From positions 1-23,447 of the forward strand of contig JBGOUJ010000041.1 of assembly GCA_041477005.1 (NCBI GenBank): a DNA stretch of 23,447 nt, read 5' to 3'. This stretch comes from Terriglobia bacterium. Its GTDB lineage: Bacteria > Acidobacteriota > Terriglobia > Bryobacterales > JACQDG01. The notes under the pieces are model-generated. The model ran no database searches and was not told where the DNA came from. It saw nothing but the letters and a program-made list of their open reading frames with translations. This document shows positions 1 through 8,248 of the stretch, piece after piece. Made by a program: the position numbers and the translations under genes. Each line of letters opens with the position of its first letter. The stretch's first letter is position 1.

Positions 1-181
1 TCGATCGAGCTTCCAAGCGCCCCGCCTCCCCCGCATTCCCCGTGTGCCATTTCCACCAGCCCGCCTGTCGCTGATGCCGGTCAAAGAGGTAAGCGGCATC
101 GGCCTCTCCGTCACCCGCACCAAACTCTTCTTCAGCATGCCCGAAACCACCGGCAACATCTGGCTGGCGCAGGTGCCGTGA
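1..181 (+). CDS. Possible 3' end of an upstream gene, partial in frame 2. The translation ends ...LMPVKEVSGIGLSVTRTKLFFSMPETTGNIWLAQVP*.
   Basis: Frame 2 is open from the window edge to a TGA at 179-181. The last ~35 residues look protein-like, but the preceding part is R/P-rich. No family recognised. Frame 1 over the same region is R/H/P-rich and looks non-coding. Confidence 0.2.
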   Translation, partial: RSSFQAPRLPRIPRVPFPPARLSLMPVKEVSGIGLSVTRTKLFFSMPETTGNIWLAQVP

Positions 182-195
182 AACGCTGCTTACGC

Positions 196-432
196 CTACG
201 GCCGTGGATGTTGCCTCTGCGCTTCGGACAAGGGTCGGATGCGGGCTCGGGCGAGCCGGTGAGCCATATCCGTGGTGACCGGCCGTTGTTCGTGTATGAG
301 TTGGCTTACGGTCCGGCGCGACACTCCCAGTATGCTGGCCAGTTGCGTCTGTGTTATCGCCGCCGCGGGGAGAACGTCTTCTCTCAGAAGTGCGCCTGGG
401 TGCGTCGGCCGTCTCTTCCTGTTATGCAGCAT
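196..432 (-). CDS. higA: HigA-family (XRE-type HTH) antitoxin, 78 aa.
   Basis: N-terminus MLHNRKRRPTHPGALLREDVLPAAAITQTQLASILGVSRRTVSQLIHEQRPVTTDMAHRLARA matches the HigA/VapI pattern (HPGEILRE...LSQ..LA..LGVSR..I..I..G.R.IT.DMALRLA). A strong SD (AAGGAGAAAGG) sits directly upstream of the ATG at 430-432, and an in-frame stop lies just upstream. The C-terminal tail (RIRPLSEAQRQHPRP) is atypical, and no toxin ORF is adjacent. Confidence 0.7.
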   Translation of the reverse strand: MLHNRKRRPTHPGALLREDVLPAAAITQTQLASILGVSRRTVSQLIHEQRPVTTDMAHRLARARIRPLSEAQRQHPRP

Positions 433-942
433 GGCCTTTCTCCTTACGTGGGCCCGCTACAGATCATCTTCCAAATGCCCTACGAGACCGGCTTGGCAGC
501 GGCCTCAGTCGTGGTAGTTTCCAATAATACAGCCAGCTCTGCGGCACCGGTTACCGTGCAACAGGCTGCGCCCTTCCTGCTGACCTATGGCAGCAATCGC
601 GCTGTGGCGGTGAACCAGGACGGCAGCGTCAATGCATCCGGGAATGGCGCGAAACCAGGCAGTGTGCTCGTCGCCTACCTGATCGGCTCGGGGCCTCTGG
701 GCAACGCGATCGCCACTGGAGCCGACGCGCCACCGTCGCCTCTTTCGCGGGAAAAACTACTCACCAGTGTCTCGGTGGGTGGTTCCGCAGCTACCGTGCA
801 ATTTGCCGGGATGACGCCGGGCTTCGCGGGTCTGGTTCAAGTGAACTTTGTCATGCCGAACCTCGCGCCCGGGGATTACCCGGTTCAGGTCACGATTGGT
901 GGCGCGGCGAGCAACCAACCGCTCCTGACGGTTTCGCGATGA
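424..942 (+). CDS. TIGR03437 (Soli_cterm) domain ORF. It is probably a 5'-truncated remnant or a short stand-alone copy. The start is uncertain because frame 1 is open from the window edge to 942.
   Basis: The C-terminal ~150 aa are PYVGPLQIIFQMPYETG...VTVQQAAPFLLTYGSNRAVAVNQDGSVNASGNGAKPGSVLVAYLIGSGPL...SVGGSAATVQFAGMTPGFAGLVQVNFVMPNLAPGDYPVQVTIGGAASNQPLLTVSR. This matches the Solibacter-specific C-terminal domain pattern (YVSPGQINFQVP ... NQDGSxN ... PGSVxxLYxTGxG ... ATVxFAGLAPGFVGLYQVNVxVP ... VxVxxGGxxSN). The frame-1 translation upstream of about 420 is R/C-rich and lies antisense to higA, so I do not believe the long N-terminal extension. ATG 424-426 is the first plausible start. Confidence 0.55.
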   Translation: MQHGLSPYVGPLQIIFQMPYETGLAAASVVVVSNNTASSAAPVTVQQAAPFLLTYGSNRAVAVNQDGSVNASGNGAKPGSVLVAYLIGSGPLGNAIATGADAPPSPLSREKLLTSVSVGGSAATVQFAGMTPGFAGLVQVNFVMPNLAPGDYPVQVTIGGAASNQPLLTVSR

Positions 943-1017
943 TTGGCGCTATGAGTTCAAACCCGGTGAAGTCGGCGACGCGATTGGCTTGCGCGATCGC
1001 GTACGTGCACCCCCCCC

Positions 1018-1860
1018 TCAGTGGCCCTCTCCTAAAATCAACGGCAGGCCTCTCTTGTCGCCGATCACGATGATCTTTGTGTTGGGGCTCTTAGCCAGCG
1101 TCTCGGTGGCCTCAATCCCCTTCCAGACCAGGAGCTGTTCATCGATACCCTTCCGCACGATGTCCTGAAAATCCTTTATGCCCTGGGCCTCGACACGCTT
1201 GCGATCCGCCTCCTGGCGCTCTTTGGTCAGCCTAAACTGCATGGCGAGAGACTCCTGCTCCATGCGCTGTTTGCTCTCGATCGCCTCCTTCAGCATTTGC
1301 GGCGGCCGAATGTCCTTGAGCAGAACCCGCTCCACGACAATGCCGCGTGGATCGAGGGTCTTGCGCAGCAGGTCCGCCGCCTGTACGGAGATCACGTCGC
1401 GTTTTTCGGCGCTGAAGAGCTCCTCGCCCTTGTGCGCGGAAGTCGCTTCCCGAATCGCCGAGATGAAGTTCTGCTCGATAAAGGTCCGGTAAGCGGGGCC
1501 GAGCGTCTGGTAAACGTCCTTTGCCGTCGCGGGATTCAGGTGGTACTGGAGCGTGGTCTTCATTGTGAGAATCAGCATCTCGCTGGAGGGCACCTGCCCC
1601 TCTTCATCCATGGACTGCGTCCGCACGGGCATCTCGTGTACCGCATCCCAGGGCACCTTCAGGCCGAATCCTTCGGGCATCACGGCGCCGGTCACGCGAT
1701 TGAATCGCGTCACCACCCCCACGTGTCCCGTATCGACCATCTGGAAGCAGGAGCACGAGGCCATCAACAGCAGAAACACGAGCACGAGCCCGAAAAAGAA
1801 TTTCAGTTGCCACGGCCATCCACGGCCGTCGCGTGATTGATTGAAGCTTTTGTTTTCCAT
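1018..1860 (-). CDS. SPFH/band-7 domain membrane protein of the prohibitin/HflC-like family, 280 aa.
   Basis: The N-terminus has a TM helix (FFFGLVLVFLLLMA). This is followed by an SPFH core (VDTGHVGVVTRFNRVTG...GFGLKVPW...VRTQSMD...SSEMLILTMKTTLQYHLNP...) and a C-terminal coiled-coil rich in E/R/Q. GGAGG SD (revcomp of 1868-1875) precedes the ATG at 1860. Confidence 0.85.
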   Translation of the reverse strand: MENKSFNQSRDGRGWPWQLKFFFGLVLVFLLLMASCSCFQMVDTGHVGVVTRFNRVTGAVMPEGFGLKVPWDAVHEMPVRTQSMDEEGQVPSSEMLILTMKTTLQYHLNPATAKDVYQTLGPAYRTFIEQNFISAIREATSAHKGEELFSAEKRDVISVQAADLLRKTLDPRGIVVERVLLKDIRPPQMLKEAIESKQRMEQESLAMQFRLTKERQEADRKRVEAQGIKDFQDIVRKGIDEQLLVWKGIEATETLAKSPNTKIIVIGDKRGLPLILGEGH

Positions 1861-2224
1861 AGCTTTCCTCCCTCCAATCAGTCTATTAGCTCCGGAGCGC
1901 TTTTAGCATCCGGATTCCGTTCGCATTGGCGGCCCTTGCCGGCTCATTCCTTCTGGTCCAGGATGCGACCCGACCTAGCGACAATGCCTCCGGACCCCCG
2001 TTTCGCGGAGGTCGGCGCAGGGCTGGACGGTCCAACCTTGGCGGAGAAGGATTTCGGGGATGGCGTCGGCGTCCTGTGGCGCGGCTCCCGGCAGATCTAT
2101 GGCGTGATCTGTTTGGCTCGGTAGTTATTCGACTCGATCGGGCAAGTACTACGTCGAGCCGCTTGAAAGGTCCTCGGGAATAAACCCGATTGCTCCACAC
2201 CGCGGTACTCCCTAAACTGGGCTG

Positions 2225-3964
2225 ATGCATACGATCAGGACTCTTCTGTGTGGGGCTCTGCTGGCGACGCCGCTGCTGCAGGCGCAGGCGCCGGCGATCG
2301 GGAGTTGCACCGTGTTTCCCGCCGACCACGTGTGGAACACGCCCGTCGACAAGCTGCCGCTGGACCCGAATTCAACGACCTACGTGAACACCATCGGGGC
2401 CAGCCTGGGGCTCAAAGCGGACTTTGGCGCCGGACTCTGGAACGGCGGCCCGATCGGCATCCCTTTCGTCACGGTTCCCGGCGCCCAGACCAAGTATCCC
2501 GCCACGTTTCTTTATGCGGACGAGAGCGACCCCGGCCCCTACGCCGTGCCGCTTGGCGCGCCCATTGAAGGCGGCAGCCAGAGCACGGGCGATCGCCACG
2601 CCATCTCCGTCGATACCGGCAACTGCATCCTCTACGAACTCTATAGCGCGTTCCCGCAGACCGCGAGCTGGCAGGCCGGCTCCGGGGCGATCTTCGACCT
2701 CAAGTCGTATCTGCTGCGGCCCGCCACCTGGACGTCGGCCGACGCCGCCGGGCTGCCGATCTTCCCCGGGCTGGTGCGCTACGACGAGATCCTGTCGGGC
2801 GAGATCCGGCACGCCATCCGCTTCACCGTCCCGCAGAGCCGGCGAGCGTTCCTCTGGCCCGCACGGCACTACGCCTCGAGTCTGACCGGGACACAATATC
2901 CACCCATGGGCCAGCGGTTCCGGCTGAAGTCCGGCTTCGACATCAGCAGCTTCTCGCCGGCGAACCAGGTGATCCTGCGCGCCTTGAAAAAGTACGGCAT
3001 CATTCTGGCCGATAACGGGTCGGCCTGGTACCTATCCGGCGCCCCGGACGATCGCTGGAACAACTCCGACCTTCACTCCCTGGGCGGCGTGCTGGGGTCG
3101 AATTTCGAAGCGGTGGACGAGTCTTCGCTCACGATCGACCCCAACTCGGGGCAGGCGCGGCAGTCGGGCATTACGGTAGCCGTGAGTCCCGCATCGGCGA
3201 ATGTGCGGGTCAGCGCCACTCGACTGTTCTTGGTCACGGTCACCGGCACTGCCAACACGTCGGTTGTCTGGTCGGTGAACGGCGCCGATGGTGGGAGTAA
3301 CGCGGCAGGCTGGATCGATTCGACCGGCTCCTACCAGGCGCCGGCCACGGTCCCCTCGCCCGCCACGGTCAGCGTGCAAGCGAGGAGCGTGGTTGATCCC
3401 AACTCGGCCGGCGCTGCGGCGGCGACGATCGTTCCGCTGCCGGCGATCAGCTCGATCAGCCCGTCCCCGCTATCCGTGGGCAGTTTCAACATGACCGTGA
3501 ACGGGAGCGGTTTTCAGAACGGCGCCGTCGTCAAGCTCGGCGGAACTTCGCTCGCGACTAGCTTTGTTTCGGCGATCAAGCTGACGGCCACCGGTACGGC
3601 GTCCTCCACCAGCCCGGGCATCTCGGTGACGGTGACCAATCCGGACGGAGGTGTTTCCAATACCGTCGATGTGGCGGTGGTGAACCCGCCGGTTACGGTA
3701 ACCGTTTCGCCTTCGAGCGTGACTCTGAGGGTCCGCCAGACGCGGCAGTTCACCGCCACCGTGCAGAACTCGTCGAACCATGCGGTGACCTGGAAGGTCA
3801 ACGGCACGATCGGCGGCAACTCCACCGTGGGCGCCATCACCGCCGGCGGGATCTATACGGCGCCCAGCTTGGTTCCGTCGCCCAGCACGGTTCAGGTGAG
3901 CGCCCAGAGCGTGGCCGTGCCTGCGGCCTCGGGCAGCGCATCGGTCGCGATCAGGAAGCGATAG
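2225..3964 (+). CDS. Secreted protein of 579 aa: Sec signal peptide, ~300-aa N-terminal domain of unknown family, then three tandem bacterial Ig-like (Big_2/IPT-like) repeats.
   Basis: Signal peptide is MHTIRTLLCGALLATPLLQAQA/PA. Three ~85-aa repeats each end with ...GxYxAP..VPSPxTVxV.A.S (VAVSPASANVRV..., ISSISPSPLSVGS..., VTVSPSSVTLRVRQTRQFTATV...). These repeats are rich in T/S/V. Confidence 0.8.
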   Translation: MHTIRTLLCGALLATPLLQAQAPAIGSCTVFPADHVWNTPVDKLPLDPNSTTYVNTIGASLGLKADFGAGLWNGGPIGIPFVTVPGAQTKYPATFLYADESDPGPYAVPLGAPIEGGSQSTGDRHAISVDTGNCILYELYSAFPQTASWQAGSGAIFDLKSYLLRPATWTSADAAGLPIFPGLVRYDEILSGEIRHAIRFTVPQSRRAFLWPARHYASSLTGTQYPPMGQRFRLKSGFDISSFSPANQVILRALKKYGIILADNGSAWYLSGAPDDRWNNSDLHSLGGVLGSNFEAVDESSLTIDPNSGQARQSGITVAVSPASANVRVSATRLFLVTVTGTANTSVVWSVNGADGGSNAAGWIDSTGSYQAPATVPSPATVSVQARSVVDPNSAGAAAATIVPLPAISSISPSPLSVGSFNMTVNGSGFQNGAVVKLGGTSLATSFVSAIKLTATGTASSTSPGISVTVTNPDGGVSNTVDVAVVNPPVTVTVSPSSVTLRVRQTRQFTATVQNSSNHAVTWKVNGTIGGNSTVGAITAGGIYTAPSLVPSPSTVQVSAQSVAVPAASGSASVAIRKR

Positions 3965-4208
3965 CGGAGGATCGTCAGGGCTTCCATAGCGAAGCGAAGT
4001 ACGCCAGCACTTCATCCGCAAGCGGGCCATGGCCTTTGCCCGGCAGGAGCGCGTGTGAGACTTTCCGGTAACCGTGCGCCCGCGCGACTCTCTTCGCCTC
4101 CCCCCAGTGCACGTTCCACTGTCGGTTAGTGCGCTAGAGCACCCTTGCTTGCCTTGTTTGCGGGAAGCCGGCCGGGCTTGTTTGCCATTGTGATATCATC
4201 GTTGAGCA

Positions 4209-5699
4209 ATGGAAGGCGCCGTGCGGAAGTCCAAGCTCGGCTTAATCGCTCTTTTGTCTCTGCTGTCGTGGCCGGTGGCAGCCGAGGATGCTCAGCAGCC
4301 GCCGGCAACCGTTCCCGTACACCTGAGCGTCGCCTCGGGAGTCCCGCTCCGGCTTTACATCACGCAACGGCTGTGGATGCGCACCGGAGATCCCGTGGAA
4401 GCGAAGCTGATTGAGCCGGTGTACGCGTTTGACAGAGTGGTGGTGCCAGCCGGCGTCGAGCTTCAGGGTCATGTAACCCGGCTCGATCCTGCTCCGAAGA
4501 TGGATCGCGCCAGAGCGATTCTCGGCGGCGACTTCACGCCTTTGCATGCCGCTCGGGCCGAATTCACGACGATCCTGATGCCCGACGGGCGGCAGGTTGC
4601 CATTCATGCTCTCGATTCGCCCGGTCTGCCGCAAATCTTCGTGCCTCCACGCCCGCCGAAAAAGAGCAAGAAGAGCTCGAAGAACAAGCCCCCGAGTGAC
4701 CCTAAGGCGCCCGGAACCATGGACGCCGTGCGGCAAGCTGCCCGTCAACAGGCGGAGGCGCAGACGATCGGACGCATCAATGCGAAGTCTCGAGGAGTCG
4801 TGGATCTGGTGCGCGGACCGAACAAGCGGGAGCGGCTGGAAGAGTTCCTCATCATGAAGCTGCCTTATCATCCGCAGTGGTACCGGCGGGGCACGCGCTT
4901 CGATGCCATTCTGCGGGACCCGCTGGATTTCGGCACGGTTACGCTGGCCGCCGACGCTTTACGAAACGTCGGCCGCCAGCCGTCACCCGATAGTAGTGCG
5001 CAGGTTCGCCTGCTCTCGACCGTCACCTCGGCGACTGCGCAGAGCGGTGACAAGATCGAAGGGGTTCTCTCGCAGCCGCTGTCCTCGGCCGCCGATGGAC
5101 TGATTCTGCCGGAAGGCACCCGCCTTACAGGCACGGTCACCCAGGCCCGGTCGGCGCGGTGGCTTCACCGGAGCGGGCGGCTGCGTTTTGCTTTCGACCG
5201 GGTCGAGCCTCCGCCTTTCTCTCCTCTATCGCTCGGTCCCCCGCGGCGCACGGAGGCGCAACTAGTGAGCGTAGAGTCCGATCCTCGGGCCGGGGTCAAG
5301 GTCGATGAGGAAGGAACGGCGAAAGCCACGGAATCGAAGGCACGGTTGCTGGCTCCGGCAATCGCCGCGATTATCGCCATGAAATCGCTCGATAATGACG
5401 CGGGCAGGAACCATCAAGTCTCGGGCACGGGTGAGCCAAATTACGGTGGCCGTGTGGCCGGCGGCTTCTCGGGGTTCGGCATGCTGGGAGCCGCCGCAGG
5501 ACGAGCTTCCCGAATCGTCGGCAGCGCCCTCGGAGTTTACGGGCTGGCCTGGTCCGTCTACTCAACCGTCGTCTCGCGCGGCCAGGAAGTGGAGTTCCGG
5601 AAGAACACCGCCATGGCTGTCCGGTTTGGATCCCGCACTCCTCCGCCGGCTCAAGCGAAAGCCAGCAATCGTACACCTTTAATGTCGGGTACTCAGTAA
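4209..5699 (+). CDS. Secreted hypothetical protein of 496 aa with an internally duplicated ~40-aa beta-rich segment resembling the VirB10/TrbI motif, a Lys-rich linker, and a Gly-rich hydrophobic C-terminal region.
   Basis: Signal peptide is LGLIALLSLLSWPVAAEDAQ. Repeat 1 is TGDPVEAKLIEPVYAFDRVVVPAGVELQGHVTRL and repeat 2 is SGDKIEGVLSQPLSSAADGLILPEGTRLTGTVTQA (pattern sGD.vea.l..P.......lilPaG..L.G.VT). Linker is PRPPKKSKKSSKNKPPSDPKAPG. The C-terminus LLAPAIAAIIAM...GGFSGFGMLGAAAG...ALGVYGLAWSVY looks membrane-associated. Confidence 0.75.
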   Translation: MEGAVRKSKLGLIALLSLLSWPVAAEDAQQPPATVPVHLSVASGVPLRLYITQRLWMRTGDPVEAKLIEPVYAFDRVVVPAGVELQGHVTRLDPAPKMDRARAILGGDFTPLHAARAEFTTILMPDGRQVAIHALDSPGLPQIFVPPRPPKKSKKSSKNKPPSDPKAPGTMDAVRQAARQQAEAQTIGRINAKSRGVVDLVRGPNKRERLEEFLIMKLPYHPQWYRRGTRFDAILRDPLDFGTVTLAADALRNVGRQPSPDSSAQVRLLSTVTSATAQSGDKIEGVLSQPLSSAADGLILPEGTRLTGTVTQARSARWLHRSGRLRFAFDRVEPPPFSPLSLGPPRRTEAQLVSVESDPRAGVKVDEEGTAKATESKARLLAPAIAAIIAMKSLDNDAGRNHQVSGTGEPNYGGRVAGGFSGFGMLGAAAGRASRIVGSALGVYGLAWSVYSTVVSRGQEVEFRKNTAMAVRFGSRTPPPAQAKASNRTPLMSGTQ

Positions 5700-5728
5700 A
5701 GGGAAACTTCGATTCGGACCTCTTGACC

Positions 5729-5773
5729 GCTCAGCTCTGAGCAGACTGCGATCGCGCATCGCCCCGGCCGGGG
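5729..5773 (+). terminator. GC-rich hairpin (GCTCAG-CT-CTGAGC, 5729-5742) plus a perfect palindrome CCCCGGCCGGGG (5762-5773), 30 nt downstream of the 4209..5699 stop. No U-tract follows.
   Basis: Inverted repeats read directly from the sequence. High-GC genomes often lack canonical U-tracts, so the call is weak. Confidence 0.2.
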
Positions 5774-5902
5774 CGGATTCGCGGCGCCGCCAGACCGTCA
5801 ACTCCCAGAGGTGCTAAGATCTGCCAGCGGGGTTGGGGCGCTCGGAGCTCCGCAACCCAATGTGGGAAGCCGTTTTGAGCCTCCGCCCCCGAGGAGAGAT
5901 CC

Positions 5903-7921
5903 ATGGGAATGCTTGTCGCGCTATTCGTTCTGGTCTGCTTGATACTCGCTTTCCGCTCGGTGCGCCAAATTGGGCCGACCGAGGTCGGCCTGGTAACGAA
6001 GCGGCTTTCCCTCAAGAAGCTCTCCAACGATAACCCCATCGCGTTCAACGGCGAGGCAGGATATCAGGCCGACCTGTTGATGCCCGGCTTGCGATGGAAG
6101 GCCGCGCTTCTGTACTCGGTGGACAAATTCCCCTGGGTGCAGGTGCCGGCGGGTGAGATCGGCGTCGTGATCGCGCAAGCCGGCGAGCCACTGCCGATCG
6201 GCGCCAAGTCGGCCGTGTACAAGAAAGAGTTTGCCAACTTCTCCGACTTAAGGGCGTTCATTCAAAAGGGCGGGCAAAAAGGCGTGCAGCGCCCCGTGCT
6301 GCCGCCCGGAACCCTGGTGCCGATTCATCCGGTCGGCTTTCTGGTCATGACGCGCACCGACGTCTACGGGCTGCCCGTTTCCCCGGAGCTGCGAGCCAAG
6401 GCCGGCAAGAACCACAAGATCACGCCCGACGCGCTGGGCCTGCGGCCTGAACAGCTCGAGCTCGTTCGCATCGAACCCGCGCCGAAAGCGGGCGCCGCAA
6501 CGCTTGACACGGTCGGTATTGTAACTGTATACGAAGGCGATCCGTTGCCCTCCGGCGACATCGCCAGCCGGCTCGGCGGCTTTGCCGACATGACTCAAAT
6601 GGAGCAAAACGGCGCGAACGACGCCGAGCTCATCGAGAAGCTGCTGGGGAGCAAGCAGGTCCTCCACAACAACTACCAGGACTTCCAGGCCTTCCTCGAT
6701 AACGGCGGCAAGATCGGCCTGCAGCACGATCCGCTGCTCTACGGCGCCTATGCCCTCAATCCGTTTCTCGTAAAGGTCGAGGTAGTAGCCATGCTGGTAG
6801 TGCAGCAGGGCCAGGTGGCGGTGATCAAGGCTTACGTGGGCCTGGCCACCCAGGATACGTCCGGCGCTGAATTTAAGTTCGGCTCACTGGTAAGGCCCGG
6901 CCACCGCGGCGTCTGGCAGGAGCCGCTGAGGACGGGGAAATACCCGATCAATCCCCGGTGCTACGAGGCGGAGATTGTGCCGACCGCCATTCTCAACCTC
7001 AACTGGGCCGACGCGGTCTCCGAGGCCCACAATCTCGATGCCAAGCTGCAGCAGATCGTGGCCAAGAGCAGCGAAGGATTTGTGTTTAAGATCGACTTGC
7101 AGGTGCAGATCCACGTCCCCGATACGAAGGCGCCGAGGGTCATCTCGATGGTAGGGACGATGCGCAATCTGGTGAACGAGGTGCTCCAGGCCGCCGTCGG
7201 CAACCACTTTCGCGATAACCTGCAAAGCATGCCCGCCATTCGATTCATCGAGACTCGCCAGCAGGTCCAGCAGCAGGCCTTCACGCATATCAAGGAACAG
7301 CTCGAGCAGTATCAGGTGGAAACCAGGGGCGTCTACATTCAGGATGTGGTCTTCCCCGACGATCTGGTCAAGGTGCTGACGCAACGCGAGATTGCCAACC
7401 AGGAGATCGAGACGTTTCAGAAACAGCGCGCGGCCCAGGACCAGAGGATCGAAATGGAGCACGCCAAAGGCACGGCCGATATGCAGGCGGAGCTGGCCCG
7501 ATCCAAGGTCGGCATCTCGATCAAAACCAACAACGCAAACGCTCGCGTGGCCGAGGCGGGCGGAGAAGCGGAGTACATTCGCCAGACCGGCGCGGCGAAG
7601 GGCGCGGAAGTGGAGGCGGTCGGCCTGGCCCGCGCGAAGGGCTACGAGGCGCAGGTAAACGCTTTGGGCGCCAACGCTACAACGCTGGTGAACGTTGTCC
7701 GAGCGCTGGCGGATGGTCGGGCGCGGTTCATGCCGGAAATCCTCGTGACCGGCGGGGGTGGAGGGGCGCTCGAGGGTCTGGCCGCGACGGCGATGCGCTT
7801 CGTCAATACCCTGCCCAGCGCTCCCGACGGCGCGGGTGTGCCCGAAAAGGATGGAGCCGGCGAAGCGCCATCCGAAACCGGCCTCTCGGGACCAGCGGAC
7901 GCCGGCGAGCCCCGGGCGTAA
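5903..7921 (+). CDS. Flotillin-like SPFH/band-7 protein (YqiK/FloT-like), 672 aa.
   Basis: N-terminal TM (MGMLVALFVLVCLILAF) followed by an extended SPFH domain. A long E/A/Q-rich coiled-coil region follows (ETFQKQRAAQDQRIEMEHAKGTADMQAELARSKVG...AEAGGEAEYIRQTGAAKGAEVEAVGLARAKGYEAQVNALG). The tail is disordered (G/A/P/E-rich). SD GAGGAGAGA lies before the ATG at 5903. Confidence 0.85.
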   Translation: MGMLVALFVLVCLILAFRSVRQIGPTEVGLVTKRLSLKKLSNDNPIAFNGEAGYQADLLMPGLRWKAALLYSVDKFPWVQVPAGEIGVVIAQAGEPLPIGAKSAVYKKEFANFSDLRAFIQKGGQKGVQRPVLPPGTLVPIHPVGFLVMTRTDVYGLPVSPELRAKAGKNHKITPDALGLRPEQLELVRIEPAPKAGAATLDTVGIVTVYEGDPLPSGDIASRLGGFADMTQMEQNGANDAELIEKLLGSKQVLHNNYQDFQAFLDNGGKIGLQHDPLLYGAYALNPFLVKVEVVAMLVVQQGQVAVIKAYVGLATQDTSGAEFKFGSLVRPGHRGVWQEPLRTGKYPINPRCYEAEIVPTAILNLNWADAVSEAHNLDAKLQQIVAKSSEGFVFKIDLQVQIHVPDTKAPRVISMVGTMRNLVNEVLQAAVGNHFRDNLQSMPAIRFIETRQQVQQQAFTHIKEQLEQYQVETRGVYIQDVVFPDDLVKVLTQREIANQEIETFQKQRAAQDQRIEMEHAKGTADMQAELARSKVGISIKTNNANARVAEAGGEAEYIRQTGAAKGAEVEAVGLARAKGYEAQVNALGANATTLVNVVRALADGRARFMPEILVTGGGGGALEGLAATAMRFVNTLPSAPDGAGVPEKDGAGEAPSETGLSGPADAGEPRA

Positions 7922-8248
7922 GCGAGGGGCGAATCCGGCTCAGGCGCTCCACGACGAGTGACCGGCAACGTGAGGAGATGCGCTAGCCCTCGCTCACCGG
8001 CGACTGAATCCGCGCCCCAAGCGGTGGGTTCGCCGCGCCCACGTTGTCGGCGGATTGTGCTACGAGGCTGATCTGCCGCGCGTGGCCGGGGAAGATGAGC
8101 TGGCGATCTACTTCCCGGACCGCAAATGAGCGCGCGTCGCCGGGCAACCAGCATCAGCAAGGCCGGACACCTTTCATCGGTGGTTGTTCGCCAAAACGGA
8201 CGGCGCGGGGCTGCTCTGCGACGCCGGGCCGGCAATGCGGCGGTCGGC

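Noticed and set aside
1-195. HigB/RelE-type toxin downstream of higA on the minus strand.
   Set aside because: The minus-strand translation (MLKKSLVRVTERPMPLTSLTGISDRRAGGNGTRGMRGRRG...) is not protein-like and runs antisense to the upstream gene's C-terminus.
178-942. The 254-aa frame-1 ORF taken as a whole (MKRCLRLRPWMLPLRFG...).
   Set aside because: Its first ~85 residues are R/C/P-rich and lie antisense to a well-supported HigA gene. Only the C-terminal Soli_cterm part, from about 424, is credible.
6248-7462. Minus-strand ORFs of 159-192 aa inside the flotillin gene.
   Set aside because: Antisense to a strongly supported SPFH/flotillin CDS.
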